Positions 24,660 to 38,737 of a stretch of DNA of 64,000 bases are shown piece by piece. The translations under genes and the position numbers were made by a program. Positions within the stretch are counted from its first letter, which is position 1. Each line of letters begins with the position of its first letter. The stretch is from the NCBI RefSeq assembly GCF_009914755.1, contig NC_060948.1. The stretch is one strand, 5' to 3'. The notes under the pieces were generated by a model. The model did not search any database. It worked only from the letters and a program-made list of their open reading frames with translations, and was not told where the DNA came from. This stretch comes from the human T2T-CHM13v2.0 reference genome, Homo sapiens.

Positions 24660-27600
24660 AAGAGAATCAAATGGAATTGAATCGAATGGAATCGAATGGA
24701 TTGGAAAGGAATAGAATGGAATGGAATGGAATTGACTCAAATGGAATGGACTAGAATGGAATGGATTCGAATGGAAGGCAAAGGAATGGAATCTATTGGA
24801 ATGGACTGTAATGGAATGGAATGGAAGGGATTGGAATGGACTCGAATGGAATGGACTGCAGTAGAAAGGATTCGAATGGAATGAAAAAGAATTGAATGGA
24901 ATAGAACAGAATGGAATCAAATCGAATGAAATGGAATGGAATAGAAAGGAATGGAATGAAATGGAATGGAAAGGATTCGAATGGAATGCAATCGAATGGA
25001 ATGCAATCGAATGGAATGGAATCGAACGGAATGGAATAAAATGGAAGAAAACTGGCAAGAAATGGAATCGAAATGAATGGAGTGTTACGGAACGGACTCA
25101 AAAGGAATTGAATGTAATAGAATGGAGTGGAGTGGACTCGAATATAATGGACTAGAATGGAATGAAATCACATGGAATGGGAACGAATGGAATGGAATGG
25201 AAAGGAATGGAATCGAATGGAAAGGAATCGAATGGAAGGGAATGAAATTGAATCAACAGGAATGGAAGGGAGTAGAATAGACGGTAATGGAATGGACTCG
25301 AATAGAATGGACACGAATGCTCAAATTGAATGGACTCGAATGGAATGGCAACGAAAGGAATGTCATCGAATGGAATTGAATCGTTGGAATGAAATCACAT
25401 AGAATGGAGTGGAATCAAATGGAATTGAATCGAAAGGAAAAGAAGCGAATTGACTGAAATGAAATGGAATGGAATTGAATGGAAAGTAATGCAACGGAAT
25501 AGAATGGAATGAAATTTCACGGAATGGAATCAAACTGAATGGAATCAAATCAATGGAATATAATCAAATGGAATGGAAAGGAATTGAATGGAGTAGATTG
25601 TATTGGATGGGATTGGAATGAAATGTACTGGAAAGGACTCGAATTTCATGAAACGGAATGGAATGTATTAGAACGGAATGGACTCGAATGGAATTGAATG
25701 TCACGGAATGGCATCAAATGGAATGGCATCAATTGGAATGGAATCGAATGCAATGGAATGCTATGGAATGGAATGGAATGCATTGGAATGGAATGTCCTC
25801 TAATGGAATGGATTCGAGTGGAATGGAATCGAATATAATGGAGTCTAATGAAATGGAATTGAAAGGAATGGGATCCAATACAATGGAATATACTGGAATG
25901 TAATGTAATGAACTCGAATGTAATTGACTGGAATGGAATGTACATGAGTGGAATGTAATCGAATGGAAAGTAATCCAATGGAATAGAATCTAATGCAATA
26001 AAATCGACTCAAATAGAGTAGAATGTAATGGAATGGAGTGCAGTGCAATGGAATGGAATGGAATGGGATGGAATGGTATGGAATGGATAGTAATGGACTG
26101 GAGTGAAATGGACTGGAAAATAATGGACTCAAATTGAAAGGGCTCGAAAGGAATGGAGTCAAATGGAATGGTCTGGAATGGAATGAACACGAATGTAATG
26201 CAATCCAATAGAATGGAATCGAATGGCATGGAATATAAAGAAATGGAATCGAAGAGAATGGAAACAAATGGAATGGAATTGAATGGAATGGAATTGAATG
26301 GAATGGGAACGAATGGAGTGAAATTGTATGCAGTAGAAGAGAATAGAATGGAATGCAAGCGAAAGGAAAGGAATGGATTGGAATGGAATGGAATTCATTG
26401 GAATGGAAGGGAATGTAGTGTAATGGACAGGCCTGGAATAAAGTGGAATGCTACGGTCTCGAATGGAATAAAAATGTATGGAATGGAATGCAATGAAACG
26501 GAATCGAATGTCATAGAAGTAATGGAATGCAAAAAAATGGACTCCAAAATCATTGACTGGAAAGGCTGGGTGTCGAAAGGAATTTACTCCAATGGAATGG
26601 AATCGAATGGAATGGAAGTGAATAGAATCGAACTAAATCGAATGGAATGGAATTGATAGGAACGGAATGGAAAGGAATGCAATGATTTCGCATGGAATGG
26701 AATCGAATGGCATCGAATGGAATGGAATGGAATGCAATGGAATGGAATGTATTAAAATGTAATGAACTTTAATGGAATGTACTCGAATGGATTCGACTGG
26801 AATGGAATGTTCTCGAAGTGAATGGACTCCAATGGAATGGATTCGAAAGGAATGGAATCTAATGGAATGGAATTAAATGGAAATGAATCAAATTGAATAG
26901 AACGGAATTGAATTGAATGGAATCGAATGCAATGGAATCTAATGAAACGGAAAGGAAAGGAATGGAATGGAATGGAATGGAATGGGCTGGAATGGAATGG
27001 AATCGAAACGAATGGAATGGAATCGAACTGAAGAGACTGGAATGGAATACACTGGAATGGAAGGGAATGTAATGGAAGGTTCTCGAAAAAATGTAATTGA
27101 AAGGAATGGAATTGAGTGGAACGGAATAGAGTCGAATGGAATTCAATGGAATGGAATGGACTAGAGTGAAATGGAATCGAACCACAAGGAATGGACAGGA
27201 ATAGAATGGTCTCGAATTGAATGGAATCGTATGGAATGGCATCAAACGGAATGGAATGGACAGCCACGGAATGGAATGCACTCGAATGCAATGGAGTCGA
27301 AACTAATGGACTGGAATAGAATGGACTCGACTGGTACGGACTCCAATGGAATGGAATCGAATGGAAGGGAATCGAACGGAATGGACTCGAAGGGAAAAGA
27401 CTGCAATGGAAAGGTCTCGAATGGAATGGAAATTAATGGAATGGAATGGAATCGAATGAAATGGAGTCAAAAGGAATGGAATCGAATGGCAAGAAATCGG
27501 ATGTAATGGAATCGCAAGGAATTGATGTGAACGGAACGGAATGGAATGGAATCCAAAGGAATGGAATAGAATGGAATGGAATCGAATGGAAAGGACTCGA

Positions 27601-28170
27601 ATGGAAATCACTCGAATAGAATGCAATTTAATAAAATAGGATCAAATGTAATGGAATGGAATGGAAAGGAATCGAAACGAAAGGAATGGAGACAGATGGA
27701 ATGGAATGGAACAGAGAGCAATGGTATAGAATGGAATGGAATCATCTGGAATGGAATTGAATGGAATGGAATAACATGAAATGGACTGGAATGGAATGGA
27801 ATGCCCTTGAATTAAATGGACTGGAATGGAATGGACTCGAACAGAGTGGAATGGAAAGTGTTGAAATAGAATGGAATGGACTCGTTTGGAATGGTCTAGT
27901 ATGCAATGCAATCGACTGGCAGGGAATCAAAAGGAATGTAATCGAATGGATTGGACTGGAATGCAATGGACTCGAATAGATTGGAAACGGAATGCAAAGG
28001 AATGGAATGGAATAGTATGGAATGGAATGGAAAGGAATGGAGTGGAATAGACTAGAGTGGAATGGAATGGACTCGAAAGCAATGGACTGGAATGGAACTT
28101 TCTTGAATGGACTGGAATCAAACGGAATGGAATGTAATGCAATCAAATGGCATGGAATAAAATAGAATGA
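24660..28170 (+). repeat. DYZ1 unit U8 (3511 bp), copy of U6
   Basis: Marker ORF 24696 to 28207; matches U6 at +7010 up to ~28073. Confidence 0.93.
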
Positions 28171-31100
28171 AAGAGAATCAAATGGAATTGAATCGAATGG
28201 AATCGAATGGATTGGAAAGGAATAGAATGGAATGGAATGGAATTGACTCAAATGGAATGGACTAGAATGGAATGGATTCGAATGGAAGGCAAAGGAATGG
28301 AATCTATTGGAATGGACTGTAATGGAATGGAATGGAAGGGATTGGAATGGACTCGAATGGAATGGACTGCAATAGAAAGGATTCGAATGGAATGAAAAAG
28401 AATTGAATGGAATAGAACAGAATGGAATCAAATCGAATGAAATGGAATGGAATAGAAAGGAATGGAATGAAATGGAATGGAAAGGATTCGAATGGAATGC
28501 AATCGAATGGACTGGAATCGAACGGAATGGAATAAAATGGAAGAAAACTGGCAAGAAATGGAATCGAAATGAATGGAGTGTTATGGAACGGACTCAAAAG
28601 GAATTGAATGTAATAGAATGGAGTGGAGTGGACTCCAATATAATAGACTGGAATGGAATGAAATCACATGGAATGGGAACGAATGGAATGGAATGGAAAG
28701 GAATGGAATCGAATGGAAAGGAATCGAATGGAAGGGAATGAAATTGAATCAACAGGAATGGAAAGGAGTAGAATAGACGGTAATGGAATGGGCTCGAATA
28801 GAATGGACACGAATGCTCAAATTAAATGGACTCGAATGGAATGGAAACGAAAGGAATGTCATCGAATGGAATTGAATCGATTGGAATGAAATCACATAGA
28901 ATGGAGTGGAATCAAATGGAATTGAATCGAAAGGAAAGGAAGCGAATGGACTGAAATGAAATGGAATGGAATTGAATGGAAATTAATGCAATGGAATAGA
29001 ATGGAAAGAAATTTCACGGAATGGAATCAAACTGAATGGAATCAAATCAATGGAATATAATCAAATGGAATGGAAAGGAATTGAATGGAGTAGATTGGAT
29101 TGGATGGGATTGGAATGAAATGTACTGGAAAGGACTCGAATTTCATGAAACGGAATGGAATGAATTAGAACGGAATGGACTCGAATGGAATGGAATATCA
29201 CGGAATGGCGTCAAATGGAATGGCATCAATTGGAATGGAATCGAATGCAATGGAATGCTATGGAATGGAATGGAATGCATTGGAATGGAATGTCCTCTAA
29301 TGGAATGGATTCGAGTGGAATGGAATCGAATATAATGGAGTCTAATGAAATGGAATTGAAAGGAATGGGATCCAATACAATGGAATATACTGGAATGTAA
29401 TGTAATGAACTCGAATGTAATTGACTGGAATGGAATGTACATGAATGGAATGTAATCGAATGGAAAGTAATCCAATGGAATAGAATCTAATGCAATAAAA
29501 TCGACTCAAGTAGAGTAGAATATAATGGAATGGAGTGCAGTGCAATGGAATGGAATGGAATGGAATGCAATGGAATGGAATGGAATGGAATGGAATGGAA
29601 TGTGATGGAATGGTATGGAATGGATAGTAATGGACTGGAGTGAAATGGACTGGAAAGGAATGGACTCAAATTGAAAGGGCTCGAAAGGAATGGAGTCAAA
29701 TGGAATGGTCTGGAATGGAATGAACACGAATGTAATGCAATCCAATAGAATGGAATCGAATGGCATGGAATATAAAGAAATGGAATCGAAGAGAATGGAA
29801 ACAAATGGAATGGAATTGAATGGAATGGAATTGAATGGAATGGGAACGAATGGAGTGAAATTGTATGCAGTAGAAGAGAATAGAATGGAATGCAAGCGAA
29901 AGGAAAGGAATGGATTGGAATGGAATGGAATTCATTGGAATGGAAGGGAATGTAGTGTAATGGACAGGCCTGGAATAAAGTGGAATGCTACGGTCTCGAA
30001 TGGAATAAAAATGTATGGAATGGAATGCAATGAAACGGAATCGAATGTCATAGAATGTAATGGAATGCAAAAAAATGGAATCCAAAATCATTGACTGGAA
30101 AGGCTGGGTGTCGAAAGGAATTGACTCCAATGGAATGGAATCGAATGGCATGGAAGTGAATAGAATGGAACTAAATCGAATGGAATGGAATTGATAGGAA
30201 CGGAATGGAAAGGAATGCAATGATTTGGCATGGAATGGAATCGAATGGCATCGAATGGAATGGAATGGAATGCAATGGAATGGAATGTATTAGAATGTAA
30301 TGAACTTTAATGGAATGTACTCGAATGGATTCGACTGGAATGGAATGTTCTCGAAGTGAATGGACTCCAATGGAATGGATTCGAAAGGAATGGAATCTAA
30401 TGGAATGGAATTAAATGGAAATGAATCAAATTGAATAGAACGGAATTGAATTGAATGGAATCGAATGCAATGGAATCTAAAGAAAAGGAAAGGAAAGGAA
30501 TGGAATGGATTGGAATGGAATGGGCTGGAATGGAATGGAATCGAAACGAATGGAATGGAATCGAACTGAAGAGACTGGAATGGAATGCACTGGAATGGAA
30601 GGGAATGTAATGGAAGGTTCTCAAGAAAAATGGAATCGAAAGGAATGGAATTGAATGGAACGGAATAGAGTCGAATGGAATTCAATGGAATGGAATGGAC
30701 TAGAGTGAAATGGAATCGAACCACAAGGAATGGACAGGAATAGAATGGTCTCGAATTGAATGGAATCGTATGGAATGGCATCAAACGGAATGGAATGGAC
30801 AGCCACGGAATGGAATGCACTCGAATGCAATGGAGTCGACACTAACGGAGTGGAATAGAATGGACTCGACTGGTACGGACTCCAATGGAATGGAATCGAA
30901 TGGAAGGGTATCGAACGGAATGGACTCGAAGGGAAAAGACTGCAATGGAAAGGTCTCGAATGGAATGGAAATTAATGGAATGGAATGGAATCGAATGAAA
31001 TGGAGTCAAAAGGAATGGAATCGAATGGCAAGAAATCGAATGTAATGGAATCGCAAGGAATTGAAGTGAACGGAACGGAATGCAATGGAATCCAAAGGAA

Positions 31101-31709
31101 TGGAATAGAATGGAATGGAATCGAATGGAAAGGACTCGAATGGAAATCACTCGAATAGAATGCAATTTAATAAAATAGGATCAAATGTAATGGAATGGAA
31201 TGGAAAGGAATCGAAACGAAAGGAATGGAGACAGATGGAATGGAATGGAACAGAGAGCAATGGTATAGAATGGAATGGAATCATCTGGAATGGAATTGAA
31301 TGGAATGGAATAATATGAAATGGAATGGAATGGAATGGAATGCCCTTGAATTAAATGGACTGGAATGGAATGGACTCGAACAGAGTGGAATGGAAAGTGT
31401 TGAAATAGAATGGAATGGACTCGTTTGGAATGGTCTAGTATGCAATGCAATCGACTGGCAGGGAATCAAAAGGAATGTAATCGAATGGATTGGACTGGAA
31501 TGCAATGGACTCGAATAGATTGGAAACGGAAAGCAAAGGAATGGAATGGAATAGTATGGAATGGAATGGAAAGGAATGGAGTGGAATAGACTAGAGTGGA
31601 ATGGAATGGACTGGAAAGCAATGGACTGGAATGGAACTTTCTTGAATGGACTGGAATCAAACGGAATGGAATGCAATGCAATCAAATGGCATGGAATAAA
31701 ATAGAATGA
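28171..31709 (+). repeat. DYZ1 unit U9 (3539 bp), U4-like
   Basis: Marker ORF 28207 to 31746; shares U4 variants at offset 17559. Confidence 0.93.
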
Positions 31710-34700
31710 AAGAGAATCAAATGGAATTGAATCGAATGGAATCGAATGGATTGGAAAGGAATAGAATGGAATGGAACGGAATTGACTCAAATGGAATGGA
31801 CTAGAATGGAATGGATTCGAATGGAAGGCAAAGGAATGGAATCTATTGGAATGGACTGTAATGGAATGGAATGGAAGGGATTGGAATGGACTCGAATGGA
31901 ATGGACTGCAATAGAAAGGATTCGAATGGAATGAAAAAGAATTGAATGGAATAGAACAGAATGGAATCAAATCGAATGAAATGGAATGGAAGAGAAAGGA
32001 ATGGAATGAAATGGAATGGAAAGGATTCGAATGGAATGCAATCGAATGGAATGGAATCGAACGGAATGGAATAAAATGGAAGAAAACTGGCAAGAAATGG
32101 AATCGAAATGAATGGAGTGTTATGGAACGGACTCAAAAGGAATTGAATGTAATAGAATGGAGTGGAGTGGACTCGAATATAATGGACTGGAATGGAATGA
32201 AATCACATGGAATGGGAACGAATGGAATGGAATGGAAAGGAATGGAATCGAATGGAAAGGAATCGAATGGAAGGGAATGAAATTGAATCAACAGGAATGG
32301 AAGGGAGTAGAATAGACGGTAATGGAATGGACTCGAATAGAATGGACACGAATGCTCAAATTGAATGGACTCGAATGGAATGGAAACGAAAGGAATGTCA
32401 TCGAATGGAATTGAATCGATTGGAATGAAATCGCATAGAATGGAGTGGAATCAAATGGAATTGAATCGAAAGGAAAGGAAGCGAATGGACTGAAATGAAA
32501 TGGAATGGAATTGAATGGAAAGTAATGCAATGGAATAGAATGGAACGAAATTTCACGGAATGGAATCAAACTGAATGGAATCAAATCAATGGAATATAAT
32601 CAAATGGAATGGAAAGGAATTGAACGGAGTAGATTGGATTGGATGGGATTGGAATGAAATGTACTGGAAAGGACTCGAAATTCATGAAACGGAATGGAAT
32701 GAACTGGAACGGAATGGAATCGAATGGAATGGAATGTCATGTAATGGCATCAAATGGAATGGAATCGAATGCGATGGAATGCTATGGAATGGAATGGAAT
32801 GCATAGGAATGGAATGTCCTCTAATGGAATGTATTCGAGTGGAATGGAATCGAATATAATGCAGTCTAATGAAATGGAATTGAAAGGAATGGGACCGAAT
32901 ACAATGGAATAAACTGGAATGTAATGTAATGAACTCGAATGTAATTGACTGGAATGGAATGTACATGAATGGAATGTAATCGCATGGAAAGCAATCCAAT
33001 GGAATAGAATCTAATGCAATAAAATCGACTCAAATAGAGTAGAATGTAATGGAATGGAGTGCAGTGCAATGGAATGGAATGGAATGCAACGGAATGGAAT
33101 GGAATGGAATGGAATGGGATGGAATGGTATGGAATGGATAGTAATGGACTGGAGTGAAATGGACTGGAAAAGAATGGACTCAAATTGAAAGGGCTCGAAA
33201 GGAATGGAGTCAAATGGAATGGTCTGGAATGGAATGAACACGAATGTAATGCAATCCAATAGAATGGAATCGAATGGCATGGAATATAAAGAAATGGAAT
33301 CGAAGAGAATGGAAACAAATGGAATGGAATTGAATGGAATGGAATTGAATGGAATGGGAACGAATGGAGTGAAATTGTATGCAGTAGAAGAGAATAGAAT
33401 GGAATGCAAGCGAAAGGAAAGGAATGGATTGGAATGGAATGGAATTCATTGGAATGGAAGGGAATGTAGTGTAATGGACAGGCCTGGAATAAAGTGGAAT
33501 GCTACGGTCTCGAATGGAATAAAAATGTATGGAATGGAATGCAATGAAATGGAATCGAATGTCATAGAATGTAATGGAATGCAAAAAAATGGACTCCAAA
33601 ATCATTGACTGGAAAGGCTGGGTGTCGAAAGGAATTGACTCCAATGGAATGGAATCGAATGGCATGGAAGTGAATAGAATGGAACTAAATCGAATGGAAT
33701 GGAATTGATAGGAACGGAATGGAAAGGAATGCAATGATTTGGCATGGAATGGAATCGAATGGCATCGAATGGAATGGAATGGAATGCAATGGAATGGAAT
33801 GTATTAGAATGTAATGAACTTTAATGGAATGTACTCGAATGGATTCGACTGGAATGGAATGTTCTCGAAGTGAATGGACTCCAATGGAATGGATTCGAAA
33901 GGAATGGAATCTAATGGAATGGAATTAAATGGAAATGAATCAAATTGAATAGAACGGAATTGAATTGAATGGAATCGAATGCAATGGAATCTAATGAAAA
34001 GGAAAGGAAAGGAATGGAATGGATTGGAATGGAATGGGCTGGAATGGAATGGAATCGAAACGAATGGAATGGAATCGAACTGAAGAGACTGGAATGGAAT
34101 GCACTGGAATGGAAGGGAATGTAATGGAAGGTTCTCAAGAAAAATGGAATCGAAAGGAATGGAATTGAATGGAACGGAATAGAGTCGAATGGAATTCAAT
34201 GGAATGGAATGGACTAGAGTGAAATGGAATCGAACCACAAGGAATGGACAGGAATAGAATGGTCTCGAATTGAATGGAATCGTATGGAATGGCATCAAAC
34301 GGAATGGAATGGACAGCCACGGAATGGAATGCACTCGAATGCAATGGAGTCGACACTAACGGAGTGGAATAGAATGGACTCGACTGGTACGGACTCCAAT
34401 GGAATGGAATCGAATGGAAGGGTATTGAACGGAATGGACTCGAAGGGAAAAGACTGCAATGGAAAGGTCTCGAATGGAATGGAAATTAATGGAATGGAAT
34501 GGAATCGAATGAAATGGAGTCAAAAGGAATGGAATCGAATGGCAAGAAATCGAATGTAATGGAATCGCAAGGAATTGAAGTGAACGGAACGGAATGCAAT
34601 GGAATCCAAAGGAATGGAATAGAATGGAATGGAATCGAATGGAAAGGACTCGAATGGAAATCACTCGAATAGAATGCAATTTAATAAAATAGGATCAAAT

Positions 34701-35223
34701 GTAATGGAATGGAATGGAAAGGAATCGAAACGAAAGGAATGGAGACAGATGGAATGGAATGGAACAGAGAGCAATGGTATAGAATGGAATGGAATCATCT
34801 GGAATGGAATTGAATGGAATGGAATAATATGAAATGGAATGGAATGGAATGGAATGCCCTTGAATTAAATGGACTGGAATGGAATGGACTCGAACAGAGT
34901 GGAATGGAAAGTGTTGAAATAGAATGGAATGGACTCGTTTGGAATGGTCTAGTATGCAATGCAATCGACTGGCAGGGAATCAAAAGGAATGTAATCGAAT
35001 GGATTGGACTGGAATGCAATGGACTCGAATAGATTGGAAACGGAAAGCAAAGGAATGGAATGGAATAGTATGGAATGGAATGGAAAGGAATGGAGTGGAA
35101 TAGACTAGAGTGGAATGGAATGGACTGGAAAGCAATGGACTGGAAAGGAACTTTCTTGAATGGACTGGAATCAAACGGAATGGAATGCAATGCAATCAAA
35201 TGGCATGGAATAAAATAGAATGA
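31710..35223 (+). repeat. DYZ1 unit U10 (3514 bp), U5/U4 mosaic
   Basis: Boundary from minus-strand marker ORF 31843 to 35357; U5-type variants before ~33600, U4-type after. Confidence 0.9.
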
Positions 35224-38200
35224 AAGAGAATCAAATGGAATTGAATCGAATGGAATCGAATGGATTGGATAGGAATAGAATGGAATGGAACGGAATTGAC
35301 TCAAATGGAATGGACTAGAATGGAATGGATTCGAATGGAAGGCAAATGAATGGAATCTATTGGAATGGACTGTAATGGAATGGAATGGAAGGGATTGGAA
35401 TGGACTCGAATGGAATGGACTGCAATAGAAAGGATTCGAATGGAATGAAAAAGAATTGAATGGAATAGAACAGAATGGAATCAAATCGAATGAAATGGAA
35501 TGGAAGAGAAAGGAATGGAATGAAATGGAATGGAAAGGATTCGAATGGAATGCAATCGAATGGAATGGAATCGAACGGAATGGAATAAAATGGAAGAAAA
35601 CTGGCAAGAAATGGAATCGAAATGAATGGAGTGTTATGGAACGGACTCAAAAGGAATTGAATGTAATAGAATGGAGTGGAGTGGACTCGAATATAATGGA
35701 CTGGAATGGAATGAAATCACATGGAATGGGAACGAATGGAATGGAATGGAAAGGAATGGAATCGAATGGAAAGGAATCGAATGGAAGGGAATGAAATTGA
35801 ATCAACAGGAATGGAAGGGAGTAGAATAGACGGTAATGGAATGGACTCGAATAGAATGGACACGAATGCTCAAATTGAATGGACTCGAATGGAATGGAAA
35901 CGAAAGGAATGTCATCGAATGGAATTGAATCGATTGGAATGAAATCGCATAGAATGGAGTGGAATCAAATGGAATTGAATCGAAAGGAAAGGAAGCGAAT
36001 GGACTGAAATGAAATGGAATGGAATTGAATGGAAAGTAATGCAATGGAATAGAATGGAACGAAATTTCACGGAATGGAATCAAACTGAATGGAATCAAAT
36101 CAATGGAATCAAATCAAATGGAATGGAAAGGAATTGAATGGAGTAGATTGGATTGGATGGGATTGGAATGAAATGTACTGGAAAGGACTCGAAATTCATG
36201 AAACGGAATGGAATGAACTGGAACGGAATGGAATCGAATGGAATGGAATGTCATGGAATGGCATCAAATGGAATGGAATCGAATGCGATGGAATGCTATG
36301 GAATGGAATGGAATGCATAGGAATGGAATGTCCTCTAATGGAATGTATTCGAGTGGAATGGAATCGAATATAATGGAGTCTAATGAAATGGAATTGAAAG
36401 GAATGGGACCGAATACAATGGAATAAACTGGAATGTAATGTAATGAACTCGAATGTAATTGACTGGAATGGAATGTACATGAATGGAATGTAATCGAATG
36501 GAAAGCAATCCAATGGAATAGAATCTAATGCAATAAAATCGACTCAAATAGAGTAGAATGTAATGGAATGGAGTGCAGTGCAATGGAATGGAATGGAATG
36601 CAACGGAATGGAATGGAATGGAATGGAATGGGATGGAATGGTATGGAATGGATAGTAATGGACTGGAGTGAAATGGACTGGAAAAGAATGGACTCAAATT
36701 GAAAGGGCTCGAAAGGAATGGAGTCAAATGGAATGGTCTGGAATGGAATGAACACGAATGTAATGCAATCCAATAGAATGGAATCGAATGGCATGGAATA
36801 TAAAGAAATGGAATCGAAGAGAATGGAAACAAATGGAATGGAATTGAATGGAATGGAATTGAATGGAATGGGAACGAATGGAGTGAAATTGTATGCAGTA
36901 GAAGAGAATAGAATGGAATGCAAGCGAAAGGAAAGGAATGGATTGGAATGGAATGGAATTCATTGGAATGGAAGGGAATGTAGTGTAATGGACAGGCCTG
37001 GAATAAAGTGGAATGCTACGGTCTCGAATGGAATAAAAATGTATGGAATGGAATGCAACGAAACGGAATCGAATGTCATAGAATGTAATGGAATGCAAAA
37101 AAATGGACTCCAAAATCATTGACTGGAAAGGCTGGGTGTCGAAAGGAATTGACTCCAATGGAATGGAATCGAATGGAATGGAAGTGAATAGAATCGAACT
37201 AAATCGAATGGAATGGAATTGATAGGAACGGAATGGAAAGGAATGCAATGATTTGGCATGGAATGGAATCGAAAGGCATCGAATGGAATGGAATGGAATG
37301 CAATGGAATGGAATGTATTAGAATGTAATGAACATTAATGGAAAGTACTCGAATGGATTCGACTGGAATGGAATGTTCTGGAAGTGAATGGACTCCAATG
37401 GAATGGATTCGAAAGGAATGGAATCGAACGGAATGGAATTAAACGGAAATGAATCAAATAGAATAGAACGGAATTGAATTGAATGGAATCGAATGCAATG
37501 GAATCTAATGAAACGGAAAGGAATGGAATGGAATGGGCTGGAATGGAATGGAATCGAAACGAATGGAATGGAATCGAACTGAAGAGACTGGAATGGAATG
37601 CACTGGAATGGAAGGGAATGTAATGGAAGGTTCTCGAAAAAAATGGAATCGAAAGGAATGGAATTGAATGGAACGGAATAGAGTCGAATGGAATTCAATG
37701 GAATGGAATGGACTAGAGTCAAATGGAATCGAACCACAAGGAATGGACAGGAATAGAATGGTCTCGAATTGAATGGAATCGTATGGAATGGCATCAAACG
37801 GAATGGAATGGACGGCCACGGAATGGAATGCACTCGAATGCAATGGAGTCGAAACTAATGGACTGGAATAGAATGGACTCGACTGGTACGGACTCCAATG
37901 GAATGGAATCGAATGGAAGGGAATCGAACGGAAGGGAATCGAACGGAATGGACTCGAAGGGAAAAGACTGCAATGGAAAGGTCTCGAATGGAATGGAAAT
38001 TAATGGAATGGAATGGAATCGAATGAAATGGAGTCAAAAGGAATGGAATCGAATGGCAAGAAATCGAATGTAATGGAATCGCAAGGAATTGATGTGAACG
38101 GAACGGAATGGAATGGAATCCAAAGGAATGGAATAGAATGGAATGGAATCGAATGGAAAGGACTCGAATGGAAATCACTCGAATAGAATGCAATTTAATA

Positions 38201-38737
38201 AAATAGGATCAAATGTAATGGAATGGAATGGAAAGGAATCGAAACGAAAGGAATGGAGACAGATGGAATGGAATGGAACAGAGAGCAATGGTATAGAATG
38301 GAATGGAATCATCTGGAATGGAATTGAATGGAATGGAATAATATGAAATGGAATGGAATGGAATGGAATGTCCTTGAATTAAATGGACTGGAATGGAATG
38401 GACTCGAACAGAGTGGAATGGAAAGTGTTGAAATAGCATGGAATGGACTCGTTTGGAATGGTGTAGTATGCAATGCAATCGACTGGCAGGGAATCAAAAG
38501 GAATGTAATCGAATGGATTGGACTGGAATGCAATGGACTCGAATAGATTGGAAACGGAATGCAAAGGAATGGAATGGAATAGTATGGAATGGAATGGAAA
38601 GGAATGGAGTGGAATAGACTAGAGTGGAATGGAATGGACTCGAAAGCAATGGACTGGAATGGAACTTTCTTGAATGGACTGGAATCAAACGGAATGGAAT
38701 GCAATGCAATCAAATGGCATGGAATAAAATAGAATGA
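35224..38737 (+). repeat. DYZ1 unit U11 (3514 bp), U5/U2 mosaic
   Basis: Marker ORF 35357 to 38871; U5-type GGCC at 37814, then the U2-type 15-bp duplication at ~37915-37944. Confidence 0.9.
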
